Source: Nitrospirota bacterium (GTDB lineage: Bacteria > Nitrospirota > UBA9217). Taken from it: a stretch of DNA of 64,000 nucleotides. The stretch is from contig CAWBNQ010000001.1 of the NCBI GenBank assembly GCA_963790205.1, positions 448,001 to 512,000 on the forward strand, written 5' to 3'. The notes below the pieces were generated by a model. The model was given only the letters and a program-made list of their open reading frames with translations. It ran no database searches and was not told where the DNA came from. Position 1 is the first letter of the stretch. Each line of letters opens with the position of its first letter. A program made the translations under genes and the position numbers. This document shows, piece by piece, positions 40,280 to 50,318 of the stretch.

Positions 40280-42058
40280 GTGTTTTCCGAAGATATCATA
40301 AACCGGGTCAGAGACAGCGTAGATATTGTGAATCTTGTTTCCGGATATGTGTCCCTGAAGAAAACGGGCAAAAACCATACGGGACTCTGTCCCTTCCATG
40401 CCGAGAAGACCCCGTCGTTTTCGGTGAACCCGGATAAACAGATCTTTCACTGTTTCGGGTGCGGCGCCGGCGGCGACGTGTTCAAGTTTCTCGAGCTGCA
40501 GGAAGGGCTTAACTTTCCCGAGGCGGTGAGAAAGCTGGCGGGCAGCGCCGGAATCTCCTTGCCCACGGAAAGCAGGTCTCACGGACAGGATAAAAAAACT
40601 GAGGACGAGCGAAAGGTCCTTCTTAAAATCGTCGCTGATGCCGCGGAGTACTATCGGAAAGAGCTCGAAGGGGCAGCGGGCAGCCCGGCACGTGCCTACC
40701 TCAAGAAGCGGGGTGTGAACGACCAGGTTGTTCAGGACTTCGGCCTCGGCTTTTCCAGGCCCGAGTGGGACGGCCTGCTTCGCTCCCTAAGGCACAAGGG
40801 ATATACCCCCGGCCAGATGGAGCGCGCGGGGCTTATCGTCAAGCGAAGCGAAGGCGAGGGGCACTACGACCGTTTCAGGGGCAGACTTATGTTTCCCATC
40901 AGAGACATCTCGGGGAATGTGATCGCCTTTGGCGGCAGGGTGATGGACGACTCGCTGCCGAAGTACCTGAACTCTTCAGAAACGCCCCTCTACAGCAAGA
41001 GCAATACGCTCTATTGCCTGGATGCGGCCAAGGAACAAGGCCGCAGGCAGGGATACTTTATTATCGTTGAGGGATACCTCGATGCGATCGCCTGCCATCA
41101 GTACGGTGTCCGAAACGCGGTCGCAACCCTTGGCACGGCACTCACCGAAGGCCACCTCCGGCTGATGCGACGGTTTGTCGACAAGCTGGTGCTGATCTTC
41201 GACCCTGACCCGGCAGGCGTAAGGGCGTCGCTCCGGGGATTCGATCTTTTTGTAGCGAGCGGGATGAAGGTGAACGTAGTCTCGCTTCCGGACAACGATG
41301 ACCCCGATACGTTTCTGCAGAAGCACGGTCAGGATGCTTTTTCCGCGCGGCTGCGCCAGTCGGCCAAGTTCATGGATTTTGTGCTTGCCCAGGTGGTGAA
41401 GAGCGGACCCTCGGCATCGATTGATGACAAGGTCGAGAAAGCCGGGGAGATGCTTGGGTTCATTGCCAAGCTTCCAAGCGGTATCGAACGGAACTACTAC
41501 GTGAAAAAAACGGCAGAAGCCCTTGACCTCGACGAAGCCGTGCTCAGGCAGGAGATGCCTCAGCAGCTAAAAGGCCCGGCGCATCAACCGACAGGGGAAA
41601 AGGCGCCAATGGCGGGACGCGGGCACCGGCCCAGGGCGGAAGAGATACTGATCCATCTCATGCTGAAGGACGAGGGGCTTGCACAGGGCCTGCAGGGCCA
41701 GATCGAGCCTCAGGACTTTACCGATCCGCTGTTCCGGCGCATAGCAGAGCGGATATTCGAGGCCCTGGGGGCCGGCGGCAGCTTCGACTCGCGGATGCTG
41801 TTTCGCGACGGTGAGGAGGAGCTTAACAATCTCATCTCTCATTATTCCGTACTTGACGTGGAATATGAAGATCCGCAAAAGCATTGCCGCGACTGTGTGG
41901 ATCTTCTCAAACAGCAAGACCCGGAAAAGAAAATGAAGGCGCTCATTAAAACAATCCAGGAAGCAGAGGCGCGCGGCGACGCTGAAATGATCGTACGGCT
42001 CATCGGGGAGCAGAACGAACTTGGCAAGAGGCCGGGCAGGAAGATTCCCGGTAAGTAG
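40280..42058 (+). CDS. dnaG: DNA primase
   Basis: CPFH...CFGC zinc finger, KYLNS, EGYLD and DPD TOPRIM motif. Confidence 0.97.
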   Translation: MFSEDIINRVRDSVDIVNLVSGYVSLKKTGKNHTGLCPFHAEKTPSFSVNPDKQIFHCFGCGAGGDVFKFLELQEGLNFPEAVRKLAGSAGISLPTESRSHGQDKKTEDERKVLLKIVADAAEYYRKELEGAAGSPARAYLKKRGVNDQVVQDFGLGFSRPEWDGLLRSLRHKGYTPGQMERAGLIVKRSEGEGHYDRFRGRLMFPIRDISGNVIAFGGRVMDDSLPKYLNSSETPLYSKSNTLYCLDAAKEQGRRQGYFIIVEGYLDAIACHQYGVRNAVATLGTALTEGHLRLMRRFVDKLVLIFDPDPAGVRASLRGFDLFVASGMKVNVVSLPDNDDPDTFLQKHGQDAFSARLRQSAKFMDFVLAQVVKSGPSASIDDKVEKAGEMLGFIAKLPSGIERNYYVKKTAEALDLDEAVLRQEMPQQLKGPAHQPTGEKAPMAGRGHRPRAEEILIHLMLKDEGLAQGLQGQIEPQDFTDPLFRRIAERIFEALGAGGSFDSRMLFRDGEEELNNLISHYSVLDVEYEDPQKHCRDCVDLLKQQDPEKKMKALIKTIQEAEARGDAEMIVRLIGEQNELGKRPGRKIPGK

Positions 42059-42127
42059 AACCAGGTACCAGAAGAACAGTTCACGGCCTAAAGACACCAC
42101 CGTATCGCGTAAAGGAGCACCAAAAGT

Positions 42128-43931
<1,804 letters not shown>

Positions 43932-44083
43932 GGGACGCGCACTTGACATTTTCATCCGGTTCTGACAATATACGAACCAGTGCGCGGCAAATTCCAAGCG
44001 CCAAGTTCCAATAACCCAATTGGAATTCGATCATTCGATAGTGTTCGTGATTTGAAATTTGGAGTTTGATGTTTCCCCACAGG

Positions 44084-44159
44084 GGGCCCATAGCTCAGCT
44101 GGTAGAGCTACCGGCTCATAACCGGTTGGTCCCAGGTTCGAGCCCTGGTGGGCCCACCA
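44084..44159 (+). tRNA. tRNA with CAT anticodon, most likely tRNA-Ile2 (lysidine-modified)
   Basis: GGGCCCA/TGGGCCC acceptor stem, CCGGCT-CAT-AACCGG anticodon arm, GGTTCGAG T-loop and encoded CCA; located after rpoD. Confidence 0.9.
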
Positions 44160-44249
44160 ACCATTTGATAGAGGAACTGCAGATGACGGGAACGCCGTAC
44201 AAGTTGAATCACCATGCTGACTGCAGATACACCACAGTACCGATTATAT

Positions 44250-44281
44250 AAAAATGCGCCGCGAGGCGCATTTTTTATTTT
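44250..44281 (+). terminator. Intrinsic terminator after the tRNA
   Basis: aaaaatgcgcc-gcga-ggcgcattttt. Confidence 0.75.
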
Positions 44282-44290
44282 GGAGGCGGG

Positions 44291-45016
44291 ATGGAAAAAC
44301 AGCTGAGCTTGCTTATACAGCTTCAGGAAATAGACACGCAGATTCGCTCTCTCGCGGAGCAGAAAAACCGGCTTCCCGAACTGCTGGCGTCGCTCGATCG
44401 CCGGCGCGCGGCGAGCAGGGAGGAACTCGAGAAGATACGTGAGGGGCTTCAAACAGCGCAGAAAAACAAGCGGGACCGTGACAAGGACCTGGAAGCAGGC
44501 GCCCAGAAGGTTGAAAAGCTGAAGGCCCGCACTTCAGAGATCAAGAACAATAAAGAGTACCAGGCGCTGCTCAAGGAGATCGAGACCGGAGAGCAGGAAA
44601 ACAAGGTCATCGAAGACGAGATCCTCGTGCTCATGGAAAAGATCGATGCGGCGGCAGCGGCCATAACGGAGGCGGAGAAAAAGGACCTTGAAGAGGCGGC
44701 GGCGATCGCGGCCGAGCAAAAAGAACACGAGGCCGCTGTCGCAAAGATAGGGGAAGAATTGAAGGCCGTTGAACAGCACCGAAAGGAGATGGCGTCACGC
44801 ATCGAACCGTCGGTCCTTACGCAGTATCGGAAGCTTCTCGCGACCAAGGCCGGCTTCGCCATTGCCGAGGCGCGCGGCGAGTCCTGTTCGGGCTGCTACA
44901 TGAGCATCCCTCCCCAGGTGTTCGTGAACGTCAAGAAGAACGAGAGCATCATCACCTGTCCCCATTGCAGCCGTATCTTGTACTATAAGGAAACGATCGT
45001 ACAGAAGAACAGCTGA
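44291..45016 (+). CDS. Coiled-coil plus C4 zinc-ribbon protein (DUF164/CT398-like)
   Basis: LQEID N-terminus, long coiled coil, CSGC...CPHCSRIL. Confidence 0.88.
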   Translation: MEKQLSLLIQLQEIDTQIRSLAEQKNRLPELLASLDRRRAASREELEKIREGLQTAQKNKRDRDKDLEAGAQKVEKLKARTSEIKNNKEYQALLKEIETGEQENKVIEDEILVLMEKIDAAAAAITEAEKKDLEEAAAIAAEQKEHEAAVAKIGEELKAVEQHRKEMASRIEPSVLTQYRKLLATKAGFAIAEARGESCSGCYMSIPPQVFVNVKKNESIITCPHCSRILYYKETIVQKNS

Positions 45017-45141
45017 TTCCGGCCATCCGGAGCAACAGGGCTTTCCGGACCCGGAGGAAGTTACCCCCGTGCATTCAAGCTCTTCTCTGTGTGCTCTGTG
45101 GTTCATTCCCGACATTCCGTGAACGTTTAGAGGGATTTTGA

Positions 45142-45543
45142 ATGGAACTAACCATCTTCACCGACGGCGCATCGCGAAACAATCCCGGCGAGGCCGGCGC
45201 GGGAATTTTTATCCTCCGGGACGGCCAGCCCTTGGAGAAGATCGCCCGCTACCTCGGGACAACGACAAATAACATTGCCGAATATCAAGCGGCCATCATC
45301 GGGCTGGAGCAGTGCGTGAAGCTCGGCGCTTCGATGGTCAGACTGCACGCCGATTCCGAGCTCATGGTGAAGCAGTTGAACGGCCAGTACAAGGTGAAGA
45401 ACGAGGGGCTCAGGCCGCTGTACCAGAGGGCCAAGGAATTGATTGCGAAGATCGGGCGGGTAGAGGTAAAATACATACCGAGGGAGCAGAACAAAGAAGC
45501 GGACGCGCTGGCGAACAAGGCAATAGATGAAAAGCTACAATAG
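45142..45543 (+). CDS. rnhA: Ribonuclease HI family protein
   Basis: TDGASRNNPG, TNNIAEY, DSEL..KQ and REQN..AD.LAN. Confidence 0.92.
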   Translation: MELTIFTDGASRNNPGEAGAGIFILRDGQPLEKIARYLGTTTNNIAEYQAAIIGLEQCVKLGASMVRLHADSELMVKQLNGQYKVKNEGLRPLYQRAKELIAKIGRVEVKYIPREQNKEADALANKAIDEKLQ

Positions 45544-45595
45544 CTTTTTTTACTTCTTAATTTTTACTTCTTAAATTCTTAATTGAATCTCACAA

Positions 45596-45964
45596 TCAGA
45601 GCGGGTGAGGTGATCGCTCCCCGGAAACGGGGGGAGGAAAGTCCGAGCTCCGCAGGGCAAGGCGGTCCCGAAACGGGACAGGGGGCGACCCCATGGACAG
45701 TGCCACAGAAAAGAAGACCGCCCGCAAGGGTAAGGGTGAAACGGTGGGGTAAGAGCCCACCAGGCCCGGCCGCGAAGCCGGGTGCTTGGAAAACCCCGCC
45801 TGGAGCAAGACCACATAGGGAAGCGTCCCCTGTAAGGGGGTAAGGACGGCCCGTCCGAGACTTCCGGGTAGGTCGCTCGTGCTGTCGGGCAACCGGCGGC
45901 CCAGATAAATGATCATCGCCCTGAGCGATCAGGGAGACAGAACTCGGCTTACGACCCGCTCTGA
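45596..45964 (+). ncRNA. rnpB: RNase P RNA (type A)
   Basis: GAGGAAAGTCC, AGTGCCACAGAAA, GGGTGAAACGG..GGTAAGAGC, GAGCAAG and ACAGAACTCGGCTTA; P1 helix cagagcgggt/acccgctctg. Confidence 0.97.
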
Positions 45965-45974
45965 TCTTTTTTTC

Positions 45975-46010
45975 AAGCCCATGCTGGTTATTCGGCTTGG
46001 GCTTTTTTTT
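45975..46010 (+). terminator. Intrinsic terminator after rnpB
   Basis: aagccca...tgggc followed by a T-run. Confidence 0.65.
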
Positions 46011-46134
46011 AAACCTGCGTTCATACTCTGCACTTGGAAGGTTCCGTAATCCTGCATCCTGGATCATGCATCCTGCAGTACCATTTCGCAACCCGAAATC
46101 CGAAACCTGTGGTGAGCGAAGTCGAATCCATCCG

Positions 46135-46162
46135 CAATCCGCAATTGGAAGGTTCCGAACTG
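46135..46162 (+). repeat. 28-bp direct repeat, copy 1 (CAATCCGCAATYGGAAGGTTCCGAACTG)
   Basis: Matches 46685-46712 with 1 mismatch; partial copy at ~46034. Confidence 0.85.
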
Positions 46163-46364
46163 TCGTAAACACCATCTCTTTTCTTGCCATTTACCATTGT
46201 TTGTAGTACTGTCTTTCATATATCAAAGGTGCCTATTTTTGACATTGCCCGGCATTTATGTTAGATTATTTTATCTCAAGGCGCTGATTTCCTATGGAAA
46301 TAAAATATTCAGAAAGGAAACGTAATGCTCATTTACGAAGTAAAGCACAGACAGGAGGCATACC

Positions 46365-46550
46365 ATGATTAAGACCCAGATCGTGAAAGCGAACGACAAG
46401 CCGGTGGCGGTTGTCCTCGACTACAAAGAATATCTGCGGCTCAAGGAGATCGAACAAGACAGGAAGGACTATTATTCCGCATCGCAGGTGAAGATGAAGA
46501 ACAAAAAGTGGACAAGCCACAAGGATTTAAAGAAGGCCATTGGGTTATAA
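46365..46550 (+). CDS. Small Phd/YefM-like antitoxin, orphan
   Basis: KPVAVVLDYKEYLRL motif; RBS AGGAGG; no toxin gene directly downstream. Confidence 0.65.
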   Translation: MIKTQIVKANDKPVAVVLDYKEYLRLKEIEQDRKDYYSASQVKMKNKKWTSHKDLKKAIGL

Positions 46551-46684
46551 GATAGCTGGTAACACAGACATTCGATGGCTGCGCGGTGGCTGGGGTTCAT
46601 TGCGGCTCCCTGTCCTCTATACTCCGCATTTGAATCGTCCCCCCGTCGCCCCTTAGTCGCACTGTCCTCCAGTCTATCTGTAAA

Positions 46685-46712
46685 CAATCCGCAATCGGAA
46701 GGTTCCGAACTG
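46685..46712 (+). repeat. 28-bp direct repeat, copy 2
   Basis: caatccgcaatcggaaggttccgaactg. Confidence 0.85.
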
Positions 46713-47023
46713 ATTTAAATCGTTCCGAATTTGAAAATCCGCAATTGGAACCCCCCCTTCCCCCTTCAAACTTACCCTTGATTCCCATCGACCGATTTCA
46801 AGCTCGATGGTACGAGAATGAGTTTAAGATTCCCCTTCCCCCTTCACTCTTCACCCTTCAAACTTCAAAAAACTCAGGTTTTTCGAAGTGAAAACTAAGG
46901 GAATCCCTGATGCCTGATATTTATCCCTTTTGTTCTGTCTTTGCTTGATTTTTCAAGGCAAGTGGACTATTCTCGTGGTGATGGGAAGTAAGAAGGAAGA
47001 AGTTTCTTAGCAGTTTCCTTTGT

Positions 47024-47039
47024 ACAACAATATTGTTGT
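47024..47039. promoter_or_regulatory. Perfect 16-bp palindrome, putative TA operator
   Basis: ACAACAATATTGTTGT directly before the toxin start. Confidence 0.6.
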
Positions 47040-47042
47040 TGC

Positions 47043-47402
47043 ATGTCAATGGACTTTATTGTACAATTCTATGAGACGGAAACAGGGGCGTGCCCCGTAC
47101 GGGAGTTTCTGGACGAGCTGAAACGCAGCGATCCGGACGACTTTGCGGCCGTGGTCGCCGGATTGGCGAAACTGCGGAACCGGCAGTATCACCGGGAGCC
47201 GCTGTCCAAAGCGCTCGGAGTCGGGCTCTACGAACTGCGCCACGTTGGCAAGCTCAACACCCGAGTGCTCTGGTTCTTTGTGAAGAACCGCAGGATCGTA
47301 GCGGTGCACGGCATCCGGAACAAGGGTCGCACCATTCCGGACCGTGATCTGACAACTGCGCGGGAACGGATGCGCGACTGGCTGAAAAGAGTGGAACGAT
47401 GA
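47043..47402 (+). CDS. Type II TA toxin, RelE/ParE (HigB/Gp49-like) family
   Basis: FYET..G.CPV.EFL, REPLSK.L..GLYELR and RVLWFF...IV..HG..K; toxin-first arrangement. Confidence 0.85.
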   Translation: MSMDFIVQFYETETGACPVREFLDELKRSDPDDFAAVVAGLAKLRNRQYHREPLSKALGVGLYELRHVGKLNTRVLWFFVKNRRIVAVHGIRNKGRTIPDRDLTTARERMRDWLKRVER

Positions 47403-47764
47403 AAAAGACGAATTTCGATAAATATCTCGACGAGCAATTGAAGGACCCGGAGTTTGCCGCCAGGTTCGAGCGCGCCGGAGAAGCCTGGGACGTGGCGCTC
47501 CAGATCGCCGCCCTCCGGAACGAAGCCGGGCTTTCCCAGAAAGACCTCGCGAAGCTCCTCAAAATATCCCAGCAGCAGATTAGCAGGCTGGAATCGCCCG
47601 GCTACGAGGGCCATTCACTGAGCACTCTTCGGCGGGTTGCCAAGGTTCTGCATGCGCGGGTGCGCGTTACCTTCGAGCCGGTGAAAAAAGTGACGCGCGT
47701 AGCTGAAGCAGCAGCTGTCTACCGTGCCAGGCGCGCAGCAGTCGGAAAGGCGAGAGCCAGATAG
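47399..47764 (+). CDS. XRE-family HTH antitoxin (HigA-like)
   Basis: LRNEAGLSQKDLAKLL..SQQQISRLE; overlaps the toxin stop (ATGA). Confidence 0.87.
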   Translation: MKKTNFDKYLDEQLKDPEFAARFERAGEAWDVALQIAALRNEAGLSQKDLAKLLKISQQQISRLESPGYEGHSLSTLRRVAKVLHARVRVTFEPVKKVTRVAEAAAVYRARRAAVGKARAR

Positions 47765-47772
47765 TAGTTAAG

Positions 47773-47842
47773 ACAAGTAAGAAGTAGGAATTAAGAAGTA
47801 AGAAGGGTGTTTCTTAATTCATAATTCTTAACTCTTAATTGT
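47773..47842. repeat. Heptamer-repeat hairpin upstream of the four-helix-bundle gene
   Basis: aca-(agtaaga agtagga attaaga agtaaga)-loop-(tcttaat tcataat tcttaac tcttaat)-tgt. Confidence 0.8.
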
Positions 47843-47846
47843 ATTT

Positions 47847-48203
47847 ATGATGAAGAAGCCCGACAACGATCTGCGTGAACGAACGAAACGTTTCGCGCTT
47901 CTGATCATCCGCATGTTCGCCGTTTTACCCAAAACGGTCGAGGCGAAGGTGATCGGGAAACAGGTGCTCCGCTCGGGCACATCGATCGGCGCAAACTACC
48001 GGGAGGCGTACCGCAGCCGAAGCCGCGCGGAGTTCATCGCAAAAATGGGCGATTGCCTCAAGGAACTGGAGGAGACCGCGTATTGGCTGGAATTGCTTGT
48101 CGAGGGCCGTATTGTCGACGAGACGCGTCTGGCCGACCTGCGGAAAGAATGTGGTGAGCTGACGGCAATATTCGTAACGATCATCAAAACAAGTAAGAAG
48201 TAG
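47847..48203 (+). CDS. Four helix bundle protein (23S rRNA intervening-sequence protein / TIGR02436-like)
   Basis: QVLRSGTSIGANYREA, SRAEFIAK and LKELEETAYWLELL. Confidence 0.92.
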   Translation: MMKKPDNDLRERTKRFALLIIRMFAVLPKTVEAKVIGKQVLRSGTSIGANYREAYRSRSRAEFIAKMGDCLKELEETAYWLELLVEGRIVDETRLADLRKECGELTAIFVTIIKTSKK

Positions 48204-48261
48204 GAATTAGAAGTTAAAAGTTTTATTTCATTCTTACTTCTTAAATCATAATTCTTACTTT
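48189..48261. repeat. Heptamer-repeat hairpin downstream of the four-helix-bundle gene
   Basis: Begins with an exact 21-bp copy (ACAAGTAAGAAGTAGGAATTA) of 47773-47793, followed by inverted tcttact/tcttaaa/tcataat units. Confidence 0.8.
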
Positions 48262-48267
48262 AAAAGG

Positions 48268-48387
48268 GTCCTCGACGAACTCAAGCCCGTTGACGATCCC
48301 GCGTACGACTATCGAGAAGATCTAAAAACGCTTGAGAAAATATGGATGGAAAAACTTCAACCTTACGGCGACCGGGGATATCATTAA
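48268..48387 (+). pseudogene. 3' remnant of a small gene, probably a GIY-YIG-family protein
   Basis: Reads VLDELKPVDDPAYDYREDLKTLEKIWMEKLQPYGDRGYH* with no start codon; begins right after the repeat hairpin. Confidence 0.55.
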
Positions 48388-48436
48388 TATAAACATTATA
48401 GACCTGACCCGGAAGAAGGAAATGTCAGGGTTAAAC

Positions 48437-48565
48437 GGGCTGTTGCCCAAATCACTTTGCGCCCAAAATGTCATTCTGAGCGCAGCGAAGAATCTCGCAT
48501 TTACAATATGATTGCAGACCCTTCACTTTGCTCAGGGTGACAAAAAATAGTTTGGGCAACAGCCC
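48437..48565. mobile_element. MITE-like element with perfect 15-bp terminal inverted repeats and an internal REP-like hairpin
   Basis: GGGCTGTTGCCCAAA ... TTTGGGCAACAGCCC; internal TGTCATTCTGAGCGCAGCGAAG...CTTCACTTTGCTCAGGGTGACA. Confidence 0.7.
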
Positions 48566-48671
48566 CTAAAGAAGTGATAATCATATAAAGGGCACCTCCG
48601 AGCATACCAGAATCAGTTTGACTCTGATATGCTCATGGGAAAGACGCCAATCTTAACCCAGGAGGTGCTTA

Positions 48672-49691
48672 ATGAGATTATATGTTGGTTTAGATCTGCA
48701 TTCAAGCAACACGTATGTAGGCATCAAGGAAGAGAACGGCAAACGAGTATTCAAAAAGAAGTTGGCGAATGATCCCGAGGTCATTCTCGCTACCCTGAAA
48801 CTGTACAAGAAGCAGATCGTCGGTATTGTCGTCGAGTCCACATTCAACTGGTACTGGCTCGTGGACTTACTCATGGAGGAAGGCTATCCTGTTCATTTAG
48901 CCAATCCTGCGGAGATTCAAAAGTACACCGGGCTCAAGTACTCCGATGATCAGGACGACGCTTTCTGGCTGGCCGAGATGCTTCGCCTGGGAATTCTGCT
49001 GGAAGGATATATCTATCCGAAGGAGGACCGACCTGTCCGTGATCTCCTTCGGAAGAGGGCGCATCTGGTGAGAGTACGGACCTCACTGATATTAGGACTC
49101 CAGAACATCGTCACGCGCAATAACGGGATCAAGCTCAAGGTGAACGATGTGAAAGCGTTACGAACGAATCGCGTTGCCCCTTTTCTCGAACACAACGAAG
49201 ACCTGGCGTTGGCCGGCCAGGTGAGCAAGGATTCCATAGACTTTCTGACGCGCCAGATCAAAACCGTCGAGCGTGTTCTCGCAAAGAAAATGGATCTCCG
49301 GGAAGGATACGGAGGACTTCGTACCATTCCAGGAATCGGCAAGATCCTGGGTCTTACTATCATGCTGGAGACCGGCCCGGTCAGCCGCTTTGCTCAGGTC
49401 GGCAACTTCGCATCCTATTGCCGGAAGGTATCGACAAAGTGGATCAGCAACGAGAAAAAGAAGGGCAAAGGAAACAAGAAGTGCGGCAATAAGTATCTAG
49501 CATGGGCCTTCTCCGAGGCTGCTGAGATTGCACGTCGCGAAGATGAGGCCGCACGGGCATATTTCAACCGCAAGTCGCAGAAAACAAATAGGATGGTGGC
49601 GCATAACGCCCTCGCGCACAAGCTGGCGAGAGCGGCCTATTACATCATGCGGGACGGGGTATCATTCATGCCTGAGAAGTGCTTTGGATGA
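48672..49691 (+). CDS. IS110-family (DEDD) recombinase/transposase
   Basis: VGLDLH, VVEST and KYSDDQDDA (DEDD); TIPGIG, FASYC and CGNKYL; RBS AGGAGG. Confidence 0.95.
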   Translation: MRLYVGLDLHSSNTYVGIKEENGKRVFKKKLANDPEVILATLKLYKKQIVGIVVESTFNWYWLVDLLMEEGYPVHLANPAEIQKYTGLKYSDDQDDAFWLAEMLRLGILLEGYIYPKEDRPVRDLLRKRAHLVRVRTSLILGLQNIVTRNNGIKLKVNDVKALRTNRVAPFLEHNEDLALAGQVSKDSIDFLTRQIKTVERVLAKKMDLREGYGGLRTIPGIGKILGLTIMLETGPVSRFAQVGNFASYCRKVSTKWISNEKKKGKGNKKCGNKYLAWAFSEAAEIARREDEAARAYFNRKSQKTNRMVAHNALAHKLARAAYYIMRDGVSFMPEKCFG

Positions 49692-49699
49692 AGGCTGGC

Positions 49700-50060
49700 T
49701 GGGACGGTGAACCAGAATTAGGGTTGGCAAAACCATGAGAAGTGATTGGTAATCCGTCCCACCCTTTTATATCGTTATCAGCGTCTTTACTGCCCGTGCC
49801 GCGAGCCTTAACCGGGTTGGCTTAGAGCCACGAGACGTGAAAAATCAATTGGACGCGGCAAGGAGCCGAAGATTTTCTGGTCCCGCGATGCGGGAAAGGG
49901 TCACGGATCAAGCGTTCCCGATGACCTTAATCCTGATGGGTGACTGGTGCAGTCAAGAACTGACGCCGAAACCTAAAGAAACTGCGGCAAAGGTAAGGGT
50001 GACGATGACGAAAAGGCTCGCCGAGAAACGTTCCGTTTCTCGGCACAAGATAGCTTTTCC
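49700..50060 (+). ncRNA. Candidate bridge/seekRNA in the right non-coding end of the IS
   Basis: ~370-nt non-coding region with hairpins and short matches to the reconstituted target and donor junctions; position expected for IS1111-type elements. Confidence 0.5.
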
Positions 50061-50138
50061 CATTGACAGTGTCCTTTAAATGGGCGACCCTCTTATGTCC
50101 CTAATTTTTTATTCGGCCAGCAGCCCTCCCCCTCCGGT

Positions 50139-50318
50139 TCACGCCGCCATTTTGAGTTTTTCCAGCAGCCCTTTCAGGACTTCCTCGTCCTGCTTAAGCT
50201 CATCCCGCAGTTCCTTTTTCATTCCTGACGCGATCATACCTCTGAGTTCCGGGATGGTGGTCTCCGCCAGTTCATTGACGAGCAACTCTTTTTCTTTCAG
50301 GTTCAAATTGACGTTCAT
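50139..50318 (-). CDS. Small helical hypothetical protein
   Basis: RBS AGAGGTG; 59 aa with plausible codon usage. Confidence 0.55.
   Translation of the reverse strand: MNVNLNLKEKELLVNELAETTIPELRGMIASGMKKELRDELKQDEEVLKGLLEKLKMAA

Larger units (their letters stand above)
48576..50085 (+). mobile_element. IS110-family insertion sequence, IS1111-type architecture
   Basis: Sub-terminal inverted repeats CATATAAAGGGCAC (48582-48595) and GTGTCCTTTAAATG (50069-50082) match at 12/14. TTGACA lies at the right end and GATAAT at the left end. The right non-coding end is long. Confidence 0.8.

Noticed and set aside
46030..46760. GGAAGGTTCCG repeats as a CRISPR array
   Set aside because: Spacing is irregular (~110 and 550 bp), there are few copies, and no cas genes are present.
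47847..48203. Diversity-generating retroelement (Avd-like fold)
   Set aside because: No reverse transcriptase or template/variable repeat pair is present in the window.
46011..48400. Classical integron
   Set aside because: No tyrosine integrase and no RYYYAAC...GTTRRRY attC boxes were recognised.
49837..50079. 80-aa ORF in the IS right end
   Set aside because: No homology cues; the region is better explained as structured non-coding RNA.
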